Below, piece after piece: positions 11,418 through 23,371 of a stretch of DNA of 64,000 nucleotides. The notes beneath the pieces were generated by a model, which saw only the letters and a list, made by a program, of their open reading frames with translations, was not told where the DNA came from and did no database searches. Where the stretch lies: the NCBI RefSeq assembly GCF_006345805.1, contig NW_021833296.1:1-64000 (forward strand). Reading direction: 5' to 3'. Position 1 is the first letter of the stretch, and each line of letters opens with the position of its first letter. Position numbers and translations under genes: made by a program. Source of the stretch: Octopus sinensis (Eukaryota).

Positions 11418-11465
11418 GTCTTACAGCTGTTTCTAGGATATTTATTATATCCCTTCATCGGAGAC
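11418..11465 (-). ncRNA. Hammerhead-like motif (U4C core variant)
   Basis: GTCT CCGATGA A GGGATAT aataa ATATCCT A GAAA CAGCTG TA AGAC: stem I, stem II, palindromic stem III and GUA site all present. Confidence 0.6.
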
Positions 11466-11814
11466 GATGTGAGAACATGGTTAAGCAATAGATAATTTAG
11501 ATAAGATACGAAATAGAGAGTGAGGTGGAGGAATGAAAATAGATGTGAGATATGCAGGGATATTCCATTTGTAGATCCATTATTTAGGTAGAATGGTATA
11601 CATATAAGATTCCAATACCTTATGATAAATCCAACAAGGCCACTATGCAAGACAACATGTCTAAACAAACTTTATAGTTTGGCCTTAGAAGCGTCGAATG
11701 TGTATCGTATTATACAGACGAGACGGTAATATTTGGAACGCACTACAGTTGTGAAAACAGCAGAAAGATTAGCATTTATTACGTTTACAAGACTGAAAAA
11801 AGTTGTCAATAGAC

Positions 11815-12009
11815 GGTCTTCTATTTCCCGTCCGCCAAATCCATTTACAAAGCTTTGGTTTCCGTCTACCAAACTCACCCACAGGGCTTTCGTTTTGCCG
11901 ACTCGAGAGTATTATAGAAGATACCTACCTGAGGTTTCACACAGTTTGACTAAACCCGGAACCATATAGCTGGGAAAAAAATTTCTTACTACTCAGCTAC
12001 GCTTGCGCC
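11815..12009 (-). mobile_element. SINE-A 5' half, degenerate
   Basis: TTTCCGTCTACCAAA..CCCGGAACCAT..TACGCTTGCGCC. Confidence 0.7.
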
Positions 12010-13448
12010 TGCAGAAAATTTCATGATGTAAATTTTACTTAGTAACCTGAAGCACGAAAGCAGGTTTCTTGATAGGTTAAGCAAAGAAAAATAAATTATT
12101 TGTTGTTCTTCCGAGTCATATCCGCCTTGCTGAGCAGCTCTGTCTTCAGAGATGCTACTGTTGAGATCATTGCATCTATTTTCAGTCTAAACCATTAACG
12201 CTTTCTGAGCCCGCAAAAATAGGACAGATAAAATTTATACTATACGAATTACTTCAGTTATAATATTGTAAATATATTTCTCCACCACATGATCCATTCC
12301 TTGTTGATGTTTAGTGTCCTGTGTACATTAATGTTCCAGAGAAATATATCAACGAAGCACAATCTTTTAGTAGGGCATTCCATGCTCGGCGGGTTAGAGA
12401 CTAGAGGACAGATTATTATGGAGCACTAATATTTTACCAGATAAGTAAGTAAAGTTTACAGAAATATCAATGGCAATTCAAAACCAACTTGACCTGGCAG
12501 AGGACAGCCCGGAAGCAAGAACAGTGGAGAAAAGCCTATGCTCGAAAGGGCGCGAAGGGCTTTAAAAAACATGTGTATTTCACTAACTTTTCATTAAGGC
12601 AAAGTTTTGTAAATCATCCTTTTATACGTTCTTGCAAATATTTTAATACAGTAGGTTGTGATCTGAGGGAGATATAGTTACTCTGTCAAGCAAGTCGTAA
12701 TTCGAAAAATATTTTATAATCGTAAGTAGGGGTCACGAAAATCATTTGTTTTCAATATTCAGAACAAGTAGAAAAAACTTCAAGAACGCAAAATAGAATC
12801 ATGGCCATTTGTTTTAGTTGCTTTTTCTTTTAAGTAACACTGTGTAGAAAAATAAAGCTTGTATAAAAGACGAACAACACTCAACAATTGTAACATGATT
12901 AACGACATTTTGAGAGAGTATAACACTCAAGAAAAATATACTTAGCATTATACCACCACGGTATAATGCTAAGCAAATGAGCCAGTAGCAAAATATAGAT
13001 TTATCTGCACGATCGCTCAGCCTCCGAGAAAAATATAAATCGAAACTTCCTTCAAGCATAAGTCTAACTTCCGAATTACGATGACATAACGGGTTAGAGT
13101 AGTTCATGAAACAGTATCTCTGGGGCAAAAAAGAGATAAAAGGAATACATACAGCTACATTGGCGCAGAGGTCGAGGCTGCGCGATAATAACAGACAATT
13201 ACTGTCTCTAAATACTGGTGATAGCTGAAGAAGGAACAATCCTTGTGGGTTCGGGAATAATGAATTTTAAAAATTTATGTTAGCTTGCTTTCTTCGTTTC
13301 AACAAGACGATCTAAAGTCTATTTTTCAGCATATTGGCATAGAATTTTTTCTTTTACCTTTATTTATAATTGTTTATAACTTTCACTTTAATAGGTATTT
13401 AAATATGAAGAATTTTATCCTAATATTAAAAGTACATATATATATATA

Positions 13449-13826
13449 TTCTTTTATTCTTTTGTTTCAGTCATTTGACTGTGGCCATGCTGGAGCACCG
13501 CCTTTAGTCGAGCAAATCGACTAGTGGACTTACTGTTTGTACGCCTAATACTTATTCTATCGGTTTCTTTTGCCGAACCGCTAAGTTACGGGGACGTAAA
13601 CGCACCAGTATCGGTTCTTAAGCGATGTTGGGGGGACAAACACAGACATACAAACATATACACAAACATACATATGTATATACACATATATACGACAGGC
13701 TTCTTTCAGCTTCCCTCTACCAAATCCACTCACAAGGCTGTGGACGGCCCGAGGCTATAGTAGAAAACATTTGCCCAAAGTGCCACGAAATGGGACTGAA
13801 CCCGGAACCATGTGGTTGGTAAGCAA
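13449..13826 (-). mobile_element. SINE-A, head truncated
   Basis: Tail and body blocks match other copies. Confidence 0.9.
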
Positions 13827-14039
13827 GTAAGGGAGATAACTGTTCAGCTTTCGGTAAAGGGTGGAGAATATATATATATACACTCAAAAAAGTTTCGAAA
13901 AACTTGTTTAGTGAGGGGACGTGTGTACAGTGATGTAATTGTGAATTGAAATATGTCTCCTAGCACAAGCCCGAACATGCTCAACAACGACACTGAAGCC
14001 GTCAGTAAAAAAATGCGGAAGACCCAACTGTGGGATATA

Positions 14040-14623
14040 TAAAAAATAAAGCAGTAAAAAAAAAATAAAATAAAGCAGTAAAAAAAATATAATAAAGCAG
14101 TAAAAAAAAAATAAAGCAGTAAAAAAAAATGGGTGTATTAAATTAAATTAAATTAAATTAAATTAAATTAAATTAATTGAACCTCCGTGGTTTCAAATCC
14201 TGTAAGAGCTAAATTATTTATTTTCTACAACTTATTTTATTCCTATACACTTTTAAGAATGTAGAAGAAAATTTATGGATGCTAACAGAAATCACGTCAG
14301 TAAATTTATTCAGAGTGTGCGGTTCATAACACCTAAGGATGGTAAGGGATTCCCCTATGCCCAGCTTACACTTATTAATATTTCCCTTGAAATTTGGGGT
14401 TTTAGAGATAATGGACCATTCTTATTATTTTTCTTCAAATTGTGTATATGGGATGCAAGTATTGTTGAATTACAGTATTTATCGTTAGAAAATGAGCTCA
14501 TATGTGATCTATATCTAGCCTTAAAAATCTACCGTGCTAGCTATATAAAATTTATTTAACTTATCCTCGTCCTTGACTACACATTTATATAGAACGTTAG
14601 TAACTAGACAGGAACCATCTAAA
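14040..14623 (-). mobile_element. Neptune-type PLE 3' fragment, copy 1
   Basis: Near-identical to 19570-20143 (GIY-YIG C-terminus plus AATAAAGCAGT(A)n and (ATTAA)n repeats). Confidence 0.85.
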
Positions 14624-14776
14624 GGACATAATTTTAGAGATAATATATACGATTCAATCTATAGCCAACGAATTAGTAAAGAGACTCTCTTTATTACAAA
14701 ATACGGACCCCTTTTGAACGCATCTACAACAAACGATATATCCACCACGGCCTTAGAATAACACAAATACACACGC

Positions 14777-14971
14777 AAATCGACTAGTGGACTTGTTCTT
14801 TGTAAGCCTAGTACTTATTCTATCGGTCTCTTTTGCCGAACCGCTAAGTTACGGGGAAATAAACACACCAGCATCGGTTGTCAAGCGATGTTGGGGAAAC
14901 AACCTCAGACACACAAACATACCACACACACACACATACACACACACACACACACATAATAATATATAATC

Positions 14972-15019
<48 letters not shown>

Positions 15020-15024
15020 CAAAT

Positions 15025-15064
<40 letters not shown>

Positions 15065-15223
15065 TAACATATACGACGGTCTTCTTCCAGTTTCAGTCTA
15101 CCAAATCCACTCACAAGGCTTTGGTCGGCCTGAGACTATAGTAGAAGACACTTGCCCAAGGTGCCACGCAATGGGACTGAACCCATGACCATGTGGTTTG
15201 TAAGCAAACTACTTACCTGCGCC
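14777..15223 (-). mobile_element. SINE-A, tail truncated
   Basis: Conserved halves flanking a CA/TA/GT tract. Confidence 0.88.
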
Positions 15224-15401
15224 TATTTTCAAGAAAATACTCATTCTTATTGATACCGGAATCCCAGTTCACATAGAACTAAATACCTTATCGACCAAAG
15301 TAAATTAGCTCTTATTTCGACAAATTTAATTTCTGTAATACTAAATAATTCGAAATGCACTTCAGTGACTATGTCATTGTGGATTTAGTCAATTTGCTTG
15401 A

Positions 15402-15520
15402 TGGTTGGACTCATGATCGTAAGGATGTGGTTTCGATTCCTGGACCGGGCGACGCGTTATGTTCTTGAGCAAAACACAACATTTCACGTCGCTCCAGTCC
15501 ATTCAGGCGCCAAAAGTGAG
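15402..15520 (+). mobile_element. SINE-D head fragment
   Basis: TTGGACTCATGATCGTAAG..GTGGTTTCGATTCCTGGACCGGGC..GTTCTTGAGCAA, as at 29806 and 46740-46845. Confidence 0.7.
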
Positions 15521-15760
15521 TGATGCTTCGTAGGACCGACATCCCGTCTAGGAGGGACGCCAAAATAATGTGCACTAACCAAACCACACGTAAGCACGCA
15601 CACGCACCCGCCATATATGTGACGAAGCCAATAACAGGTGAAAATATCGAAGTCACTTATAGCAACGCATTTCATTCTGTAATAAGGTATATATAATATA
15701 TACCTCATCGATTTTTCAATTATTTTTTATCCACAGCAAAATAAATATGACGCTAAATAT

Positions 15761-16922
15761 TTTAAGGCACACTATCAATTCTTATAAGTTTTATTACACA
15801 CATACACACACAAACACATACACAGACACGCACAAACACACACACACACAATCACATACACACACAAACGCACACACACACACGCAAACACACATACAGA
15901 CAAAACACACACACACACAAAAACACACACTCAAAGACACACACAAACACACACACAAACACATACACAATTACACACAAACACATACATAAACACACAC
16001 GCAAACACACACACACAAGCATACACACACACAAACGCACACACACAAAGACACACACACACAAACACACACACTTTAAAGCACACTATCAATTCTTTAT
16101 TTAATTTTATTACACATATACACGCGCGCGCGTACACACATACACACACAAATGCACACACACACATACAAACACACACAATCACATACACACACACACA
16201 AACAAACATGCAAACACACACACACAATCACATACACACACAAATGCACACACACACATACAAACACACACAATCACATACACACACACACACACAAACA
16301 TGCAACACACACACACAATCACATACACACACAAACACGCACACACACACATACAAACACACACAATCACATACACACACACAAACAAACATGCAAACAC
16401 ACACACACAATCACATACACACACAAATGCACACACACACATACAAACACACACAATCACATACACACACACAAAAACATGCATACACACCACACAATCA
16501 CATACACACACAATGGCACAACACACAAAAAACACACACCAATCACATAAACACACACCCAAACAAACATGCAAACACACACACACACAATCACATACAC
16601 ACACAAATGCACACACACACATACAAACAACACCAATCACATACACACACACACAAACAAACATGCAACCACACACAACAATCACATACCACACAAACAC
16701 GCACATACAAACACACACAATCACATACACACACACAAACAACATGAAACACACACCAATCACATACACCAAAATGCACACACACCACATACAAACACAC
16801 ACAATCACATACACACACACACAAACAAACATGCAAACACACACACACAATCACATACACACACAAACACGCACACACAAACACACACAAATACACACAC
16901 ACACAAACATACACACATACAT
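15761..16922. repeat. CA-rich higher-order minisatellite
   Basis: ACAATCACATACACAC recurs roughly every 40 bp with alternating ATGCA/CATACAAAC spacers; anchor GCACACTATCAATTC duplicated at ~15766 and ~16081. Confidence 0.9.
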
Positions 16923-17184
16923 CAACAACTGTTAACATTAAGATTGTTTTGAAAAGTGTATTTGCGCAATACCCTTACCACAAAGCAATGCCGTCCGTCA
17001 GATCGGTGCATCGTAAATATTCAAACTTTCTCAATACCCTGACTCTTGTAATTCGTCTAAAATAAACGTAGCACATCTACTGGCTATATGTGGCAGAGAA
17101 ATTTGTCTGGACATAATGGTTTAAAACATCAAGAATTTATCATACTTTAACCACCTATTTTTTTGTTGCCAGTTCATGTATTTT

Positions 17185-17572
17185 TTTATTCTTTTACTTG
17201 TTTTGCCATTTGACTGCAACAAATCGACTTGTGGACTTATTCTTTGTAAGCCTAGTACTTATTCTATCGGTGTCTTTTCTTGAAACGCTAAGTTACGGGG
17301 ATGTAAACACACCAGCATCGGTTGTCAAGCAATGTTGGGATGGCGACAAACATAGACACATAAACATACAGACAGACAGACAGACAGACGCACACACACA
17401 CACACATATATATATGACGGGCTTCTTTCAGTTTCCGTCTACCAAATGCTTTGTGGTATTTCATGTCTTTACATTCTGAGTCTATAGCAGAAGACACTTG
17501 CCGAAGGTACTAAGCAGTGGGACTGAAACCGGAATCATGTGGTTGATAAGCAAGCTACTTACCACACAGCCA
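17185..17572 (-). mobile_element. SINE-A, degenerate
   Basis: Tail, body and head blocks in reverse orientation. Confidence 0.85.
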
Positions 17573-17672
17573 CACAGCATCATATAATATATATTAATAT
17601 ATATATATATATAATACTTTATTTTAAGCAGCAGAAAATTCATATATATATATATATATATATATGTGTATG

Positions 17673-17705
<33 letters not shown>

Positions 17706-17774
17706 GTATAGATATATATGTAATATATATATATATATATATATATGTATCTGTATATATACACACACACACAC

Positions 17775-17818
<44 letters not shown>

Positions 17819-18514
17819 TATATATATATTATACATATATATATATGGTGTATATAATATAAACTGCAAGGTTATGGATACTACAAGTCCGTTCATACAG
17901 AATGAAACAAACAGGAAAGTGAATATCTATCTTGTGAATATTTCTTTTGTAAAGAGTCGAGTCATTTACCCTGTACCTTTTCATAACGAGTTTTAACAAC
18001 TGCTAGAGTAGTGTCTTCTCCTTTCCTTGGCCACAACTATTTTGTAAAACCTTTTTTGTTTTTTATATTTTGTAACATCCATTATGTCAGGCTTACAATT
18101 TGAGATTTAATTTGCTAGGCAACAGCTGTTATATGCAATATCGTTACTCAGCAACAGTGTCTAGTCTTATTTTGCAGCTGCCTGTGTATCTAATTTTGAC
18201 TAATATCAGCTGTTTTATCATAAATTTGGTCGGGAAAAGCAACGCAGAGAAGAAAGAAGATTCTCTCTGATTCCACTAAAAGAAAAATAACTTAATAAAA
18301 ACCAAGAAGAGATATCATGTTTTGATGTATCTTTGTTGAAATTTCATTCTTTGAAAGTACATTACTTTCATCTACTCAAATATATGCTTTGTTATTTTTC
18401 AGTTTCATGTATAGTCTCTTAGTGTAAATCATTCGATTTTTTTCGGCGTACTAAGACCATTCCATTTGCACTAATTATTATAGTGGTGTATGTGTATACA
18501 TGTATGTATGCAGT

Positions 18515-18712
18515 AAATCCAAAAGAGAAGAACAAAAAAAAAAATAAACAACAACATGAGGACGTAGTACATGGAAAGTATTAGCAGATGCTCAGGAAGG
18601 GAAAGAAATATGGTTTAATGTTTCGAGCAAACGCTCTTTTTCAGAAACAGAGGAAAGTCCAATAGAAAGGAAGACGGAGGAAGAGAATCGCCAACAATGC
18701 AGATGTGGTTAC
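18515..18712 (-). mobile_element. P1 element with degenerate HHR
   Basis: Homologous to 3581-3754; minus 18612-18648 GTTT CTGAAAA A GAG cgtttg CTC GAAAC ATT AAAC. Confidence 0.65.
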
Positions 18713-19088
18713 ATGTACGTACGTATGTATGTATGTATGTATGTATGTATGTATGTATGTATGTATGTGTGTGTGTGCATGTACGTACGTAAGTATGTAT
18801 GTATTTATCTATGTTTGTGTATGTATGTATGTATGTATGTATCAAAGTAAGGTTATAGAACAAACAAATGCAAGGTCATCCACATAACATTTCATAACTC
18901 GAACATTTAATCATAGAATATACATTTAAACATCACGGAAGATGGAACATAACTCATCTGTACAAGCATATTAGAAAGTGCGAGAAAAAATGTGTCAATA
19001 CAGTTCATCACGGTTTAAAGTTAATACTTTAGCGATTAAGAAAAATATATTTTAAAAAAACCCAAAAAAACATTACAACACCTAGATT

Positions 19089-19238
19089 AAGTACGTAGTA
19101 AAAATATAGTAATAAAGTAATACTATAAATATATAGGTATATAAAAATATATAAATTAATATAATATATATATATATTTATATATTTTTATATACCTATA
19201 TAGTTATATATTACTTTATACTATATTTTTACGTACTT
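19089..19238. repeat. ~150-bp AT-rich palindrome
   Basis: AAGTACGT..TATATAGGTATATAAAAATATATAAAT mirrored by ATTTATATATTTTTATATACCTATATA..ACGTACTT. Confidence 0.85.
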
Positions 19239-19398
19239 ACTATATATATATTATATAATATATGGACCAAAGCATATAAAAAAAATATATAATCTATATA
19301 ATTAAAATAAATAAAAGTTCATCGTTTAGAAAATCTTATAAAATTACTTATCAAGTAAGAGAGGCCTTATAGTTAAATAAGAGGAAACCAAATTTACA

Positions 19399-19480
19399 TT
19401 CCCTATGGCCATTTCAGGGGTATATTATTGTGTTTAAAGCACTAGGGTGCATCACGATAATAACTCCTTCGTCAGGGGAA
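19399..19480 (-). ncRNA. Type I hammerhead ribozyme, canonical core
   Basis: TTCCC CTGACGA AGG..CCT GAAA TGGCCA TA GGGAA: 5-bp stem I, all core residues, palindromic stem III, AUA cleavage triplet. Confidence 0.8.
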
Positions 19481-19758
19481 AAAAATAGAGAGACAGACAT
19501 CATCGCGTACCAGGCTAACGCAATATTGTGTGCTTTCTTATTGAAGAAGTCATGCTCGGATGAGCCCAAAAGAAAGAATTAAAGCAGTAAAAAAAAAAAA
19601 AATTAAAGCAGTAGAAAAATAAAGCAGTAAAAAAAAATTTTTTTTAATAAAGCAGTAAATAAAAAATGGGTGTATTAAATTAAATTAATTAAATTAAATC
19701 AAATTGAACCTCCGTGGTTTCAAATCCTGTAAGAGCTAAATTACTTATTTTCTACAAC

Positions 19759-20349
19759 TTATTTTAAGAATGTAGAAGAAAATTTATGGATGCTAAAAGG
19801 AATCACGTCCGTAAATTTATTCAGAGTGTGCGGTCCATAACACCTAAGGATGGTAAAGAAATTCCCTTATGCACAGCTTACACTTATTAATATTTCCCTT
19901 GAAATTTGGGGTTTTAGAGATAATGGACCATTCTTATTATTTTTCTTCAAATTGTGTATATGGGATGCAAGTGTTGTTGAATTACAGTATTTATCGTTAG
20001 AAAATGAGCTCATATGTGATCTATATCTAGCCTTAAAATCTACCGTGCTACCTATATAAAATTTATTTAACTTATCCTCGTCCTTGACTACACATTTATA
20101 TATAACGTTAGTAACTAGACAGGAACCATCTAAAGGACATAATTCGAGGTTTCTACAATTACATTTCTTTCCGGGGCCTTTCCTAGTTTTATTTCTATTG
20201 TTACATTTACTTTTTGTGTCTCCAGTTCTAGACAGGTTTCCCTCTTTCATTCCATCAAATCTTCCCTTATTACATGGGTTCGATAGACCCGGTAAAGGGA
20301 GACTGGTTGTACCATTGGCATTAGGCGTTACAAGATTATTATACGCATG
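19759..20349 (-). pseudogene. GIY-YIG endonuclease with Cys-rich linker (PLE), frameshifted
   Basis: KCNCRNLELCPLDGSCLVTNVIY..FYIGSTVDFKARYRSHMSSF..STTLASHIHNLK, then after a frameshift WSIISKTPNFKGNINKCKLCIREF; no RT domain in the window. Confidence 0.88.
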
Positions 20350-20597
20350 TATAATAATATTATGCGTATGTATGTATGTATGTATGTATGTATGTATGTA
20401 TGTATGTATGTATGTATGTATGGATGTATGTATGTATGTATGGATGGATGGATGTATGTATGGATGTATGTTTGTATGTATGTCTTTTCTTTCTATTTTA
20501 ATTTAGGCTGACCCGAGGCTACTGAGTGGAAGACACTTGCTCAACGTGCCAAGCAGTGGGACTGAAACCGGAATCATGTTATATATAAATATATACA

Positions 20598-20770
20598 GGT
20601 GCAGGAGTAGCTGTGTGGTAAGTAGCTTGCTTAGCAACCACATAGTTTAGGGTTCAGTCCCATTGCGTGGCACCTAGTGCAAGTGCCTTCTACTACAGTC
20701 TCGAGCCGACCAAAGACTTGTGAGTGGATTTGGCCGGCGGGAACTGAACGAAACTCGTCGTTTGTGTGTG

Positions 20771-20806
<36 letters not shown>

Positions 20807-21040
20807 TGTATGTATGTATGTATGCATTTTCGTTTGTATGTATATCTTTGTGTATCTGTGTTTGCTCTCCAACATCGTTCGACAACCGATTTACGTCCCT
20901 GTAACTGAGCGGTTCGGCCTAAGAAACCGATAGAATAAGTACTAAGATTACAAGAAGAAGTCCTGGGGTTGATTTTCTCGACTAAAGGCGGTGCGCACCA
21001 TGGCCGCAGCCAAATGACTGAAACAAGTAAAAGAATAACA
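20598..21040 (+). mobile_element. SINE-A (preceded by an inverted SINE-A fragment at 20505-20579)
   Basis: Full head and tail with internal (TATG)n. Confidence 0.88.
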
Positions 21041-21958
21041 GAATATATATACACATACACATACATAAAAACACACAAACACGGACATGCAAACACATGA
21101 ATATGCAGAATACATACATACAAATGTACAAACATAGATAGATACCTATCCACACACATACATGCATAAACACACATGCATAAACACACATGCATACATA
21201 CATGCATGCATGTATAGGCAAACATACACACACACACACCGATCCACACACATGCGCACAAACAAAATGGAACGCAGTGTGAAAAACGGACAGAGTCAAC
21301 AACCATTGAAAAGGTTGCAAGACGCAACGAAAATTTTAGAAAATTAAAAAAGAAATAATCGGAAATTTTACCGGTGAGTGTGTTAAATTATAAGGCACTA
21401 AAAGAGAATGACTCTCAACATACACAACAGAATATGCTTCAACACACGAACTCACATAAAGAATCTTGCAAACCAAATCCAAAAATGAAATAGACAAAAC
21501 AAGTATACCAAATACCATATAATATAATTTCGTGTTTATTAGAGGATGTAACAAAATTACCAAATAGACAGCTTCATTTCTCAAGAATCAATAATTCTCT
21601 AAAACTGACAAGCCAATAAGCTTAAAGCTATGTTATGGACAAGTGCTTCTGGTCCAGTACCTGTCATCTATCTATTTGTCTGTCTATCTACACACACAAA
21701 CAACATGCGCGCGCATGCACACACATATGTATATACGCACACTGGTATACAGCGACATTTAAAATTGAATATACTTCAATAAAAAATTATACGAGTTTCT
21801 CGCTATCGGGTTCGAACAACTTATGTAGGTAACCAGTGTGATAATATATAAACAAAAATATTCATAAGTACATAGAAATAAGATTAGTCATCGACAGGTG
21901 ATTGGTTGCGTAGAAACCGTTAAAAAAAGACCTGCACAGTTGAATGTCACGCACAGAA

Positions 21959-22581
21959 TGCAAGGTGCGCTCAAAATGTATCCGACTTAGATCAAAACTC
22001 AGATCAATAGCGGTACAGCTGCTTCAAACATGACCGCACTGCAGTGGAGAGCGAGGCACGCTCAGGCAGGCCATCTACAAGCCGAAACAAGGAACCGATT
22101 GAGAAGTTCGGCGAATAGTTATGGAAGAACGTCGTGTAACAATCCAGGAAATTACTCACGGAGTGGGAATAAGCACTGGATCAGTGCACGTGGAGAGAGT
22201 CGCCTAAAAAAATGAATTCGGATACTTTTGAACGCACCTCGTAATCCAAGCTTTCTTGGTCAAGAACGATACACCGCTTGCTCGAAAGGTTCCCTACTCT
22301 CCCGACTTGGCACCGTGTGACCTCTGGGTTTTCCCCAGACTGAAAAACCACGCTGAAAGGGAAGCGATTTGAGTTGAGGGAGGAAATTATGAGAAGAACG
22401 ATGGCGGAGTTCCAAAGCATTTCAGATAAAGCGCTCCAGATGTGTTAACAGTGGTAGCAGAACCGCTAAGTGTGAACTCCCAAGTGGAGTACTTTGAAGT
22501 GATTAAATAAGACTTGTGAAATGTACAAAACTGATTATTTTAATGCCCAAAAGGTCGGATAAATTTTGAACGCACTTCGTA
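21959..22581 (+). mobile_element. Rearranged mariner remnant with three TIRs
   Basis: Left TIR 21959-21986; right-type TIRs at 22216-22243 and 22554-22581; fragments encode SGRPSTSRN..RRVTIQEI..VGISTGSVH and PYSPDLAPCD.W.FP.LK. Confidence 0.85.
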
Positions 22582-23088
22582 TGCAACATACTTATCTACT
22601 AACATGTAAAACACGAGAATATCTTATATTTTCAGGATCATTTCCGTAACACACAAGAAAAACACAAAAGGTATATATTGGTAAAAGAGAAAAAAAATCA
22701 TTTAGCTTGTCATAGATCTTTCATCACTATAGATTATCAACCAGAAAGTGTAATGTATCTTTCTTGGAGACATATCACATTTTATTATAATGCTTTTGTA
22801 AGTTCGAAGAAAAGAATACAGTTAGAGAATTCTTGCAGACATTTTCATCGATATTTATTGATGAATTTCTAACAGCCTCGTAGGTAAACTAGTTTATTTG
22901 GATTTACCGTACCCTGAAAGATTATCATACGTTATGAGAAAAACTCATTCAGTAACTCTTGAACACGGAAATTGCATTAAAATTTGCCGTTTCCTTGGCC
23001 TTTGTGCGTTTTACTAGACAATACGCGTGTTTTTACATGTTCTGCGTGAAGACATTGAAGAGCAGCAATATATGTTTAACAATTTATT

Positions 23089-23330
23089 TTTTGACTTGTT
23101 TCAATCATTGAACTCCAACCATGGTGCGGCACCACCTTGAAGGTTTTACTCACAAAGAAATCGACCCCAGCACTTATTTTTTAAAGTTTGTTATTTATTT
23201 TATTGTTAACTTTCGACGAAATTCTAACACATAGGAGTATAAACAAAACGATTCCGGTTGTCAATCGGTGGTGGAGGACAGGCACGAGCACGAAGGTACA
23301 CATACACACACACACACACCACACACACAA

Positions 23331-23371
<41 letters not shown>

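Larger units (their letters stand above)
19260..20349 (-). mobile_element. Neptune-type Penelope-like element, 5'-truncated (GIY-YIG plus 3' pLTR with HHR)
   Basis: Endonuclease remnant followed on the same strand by repeat-rich UTR and a canonical hammerhead; bounded by (TACA)n and TA-rich tracts. Confidence 0.85.

Noticed and set aside
12300-12560. Possible RTE LINE C-terminal remnant (TWQRTARKQEQWRK)
   Set aside because: Only a loose W..A....W pattern; too short and degenerate.
12814-13239. 141-codon minus-strand ORF in non-repetitive DNA as a host gene
   Set aside because: No recognisable motif, alternative start only, no convincing splice signals; cannot be supported without a search.
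14040-14135. Regularly spaced AATAAAGCAGT repeats resembling a CRISPR array
   Set aside because: Spacers are just A-runs, the context is eukaryotic, no cas genes; part of a PLE UTR.
17950-18250. Possible further Neptune linker remnant (IAY.SC..N.KSQIVS..HN) on the minus strand
   Set aside because: Needs several assumed frameshifts; downstream Cys and YIG motifs not recoverable.
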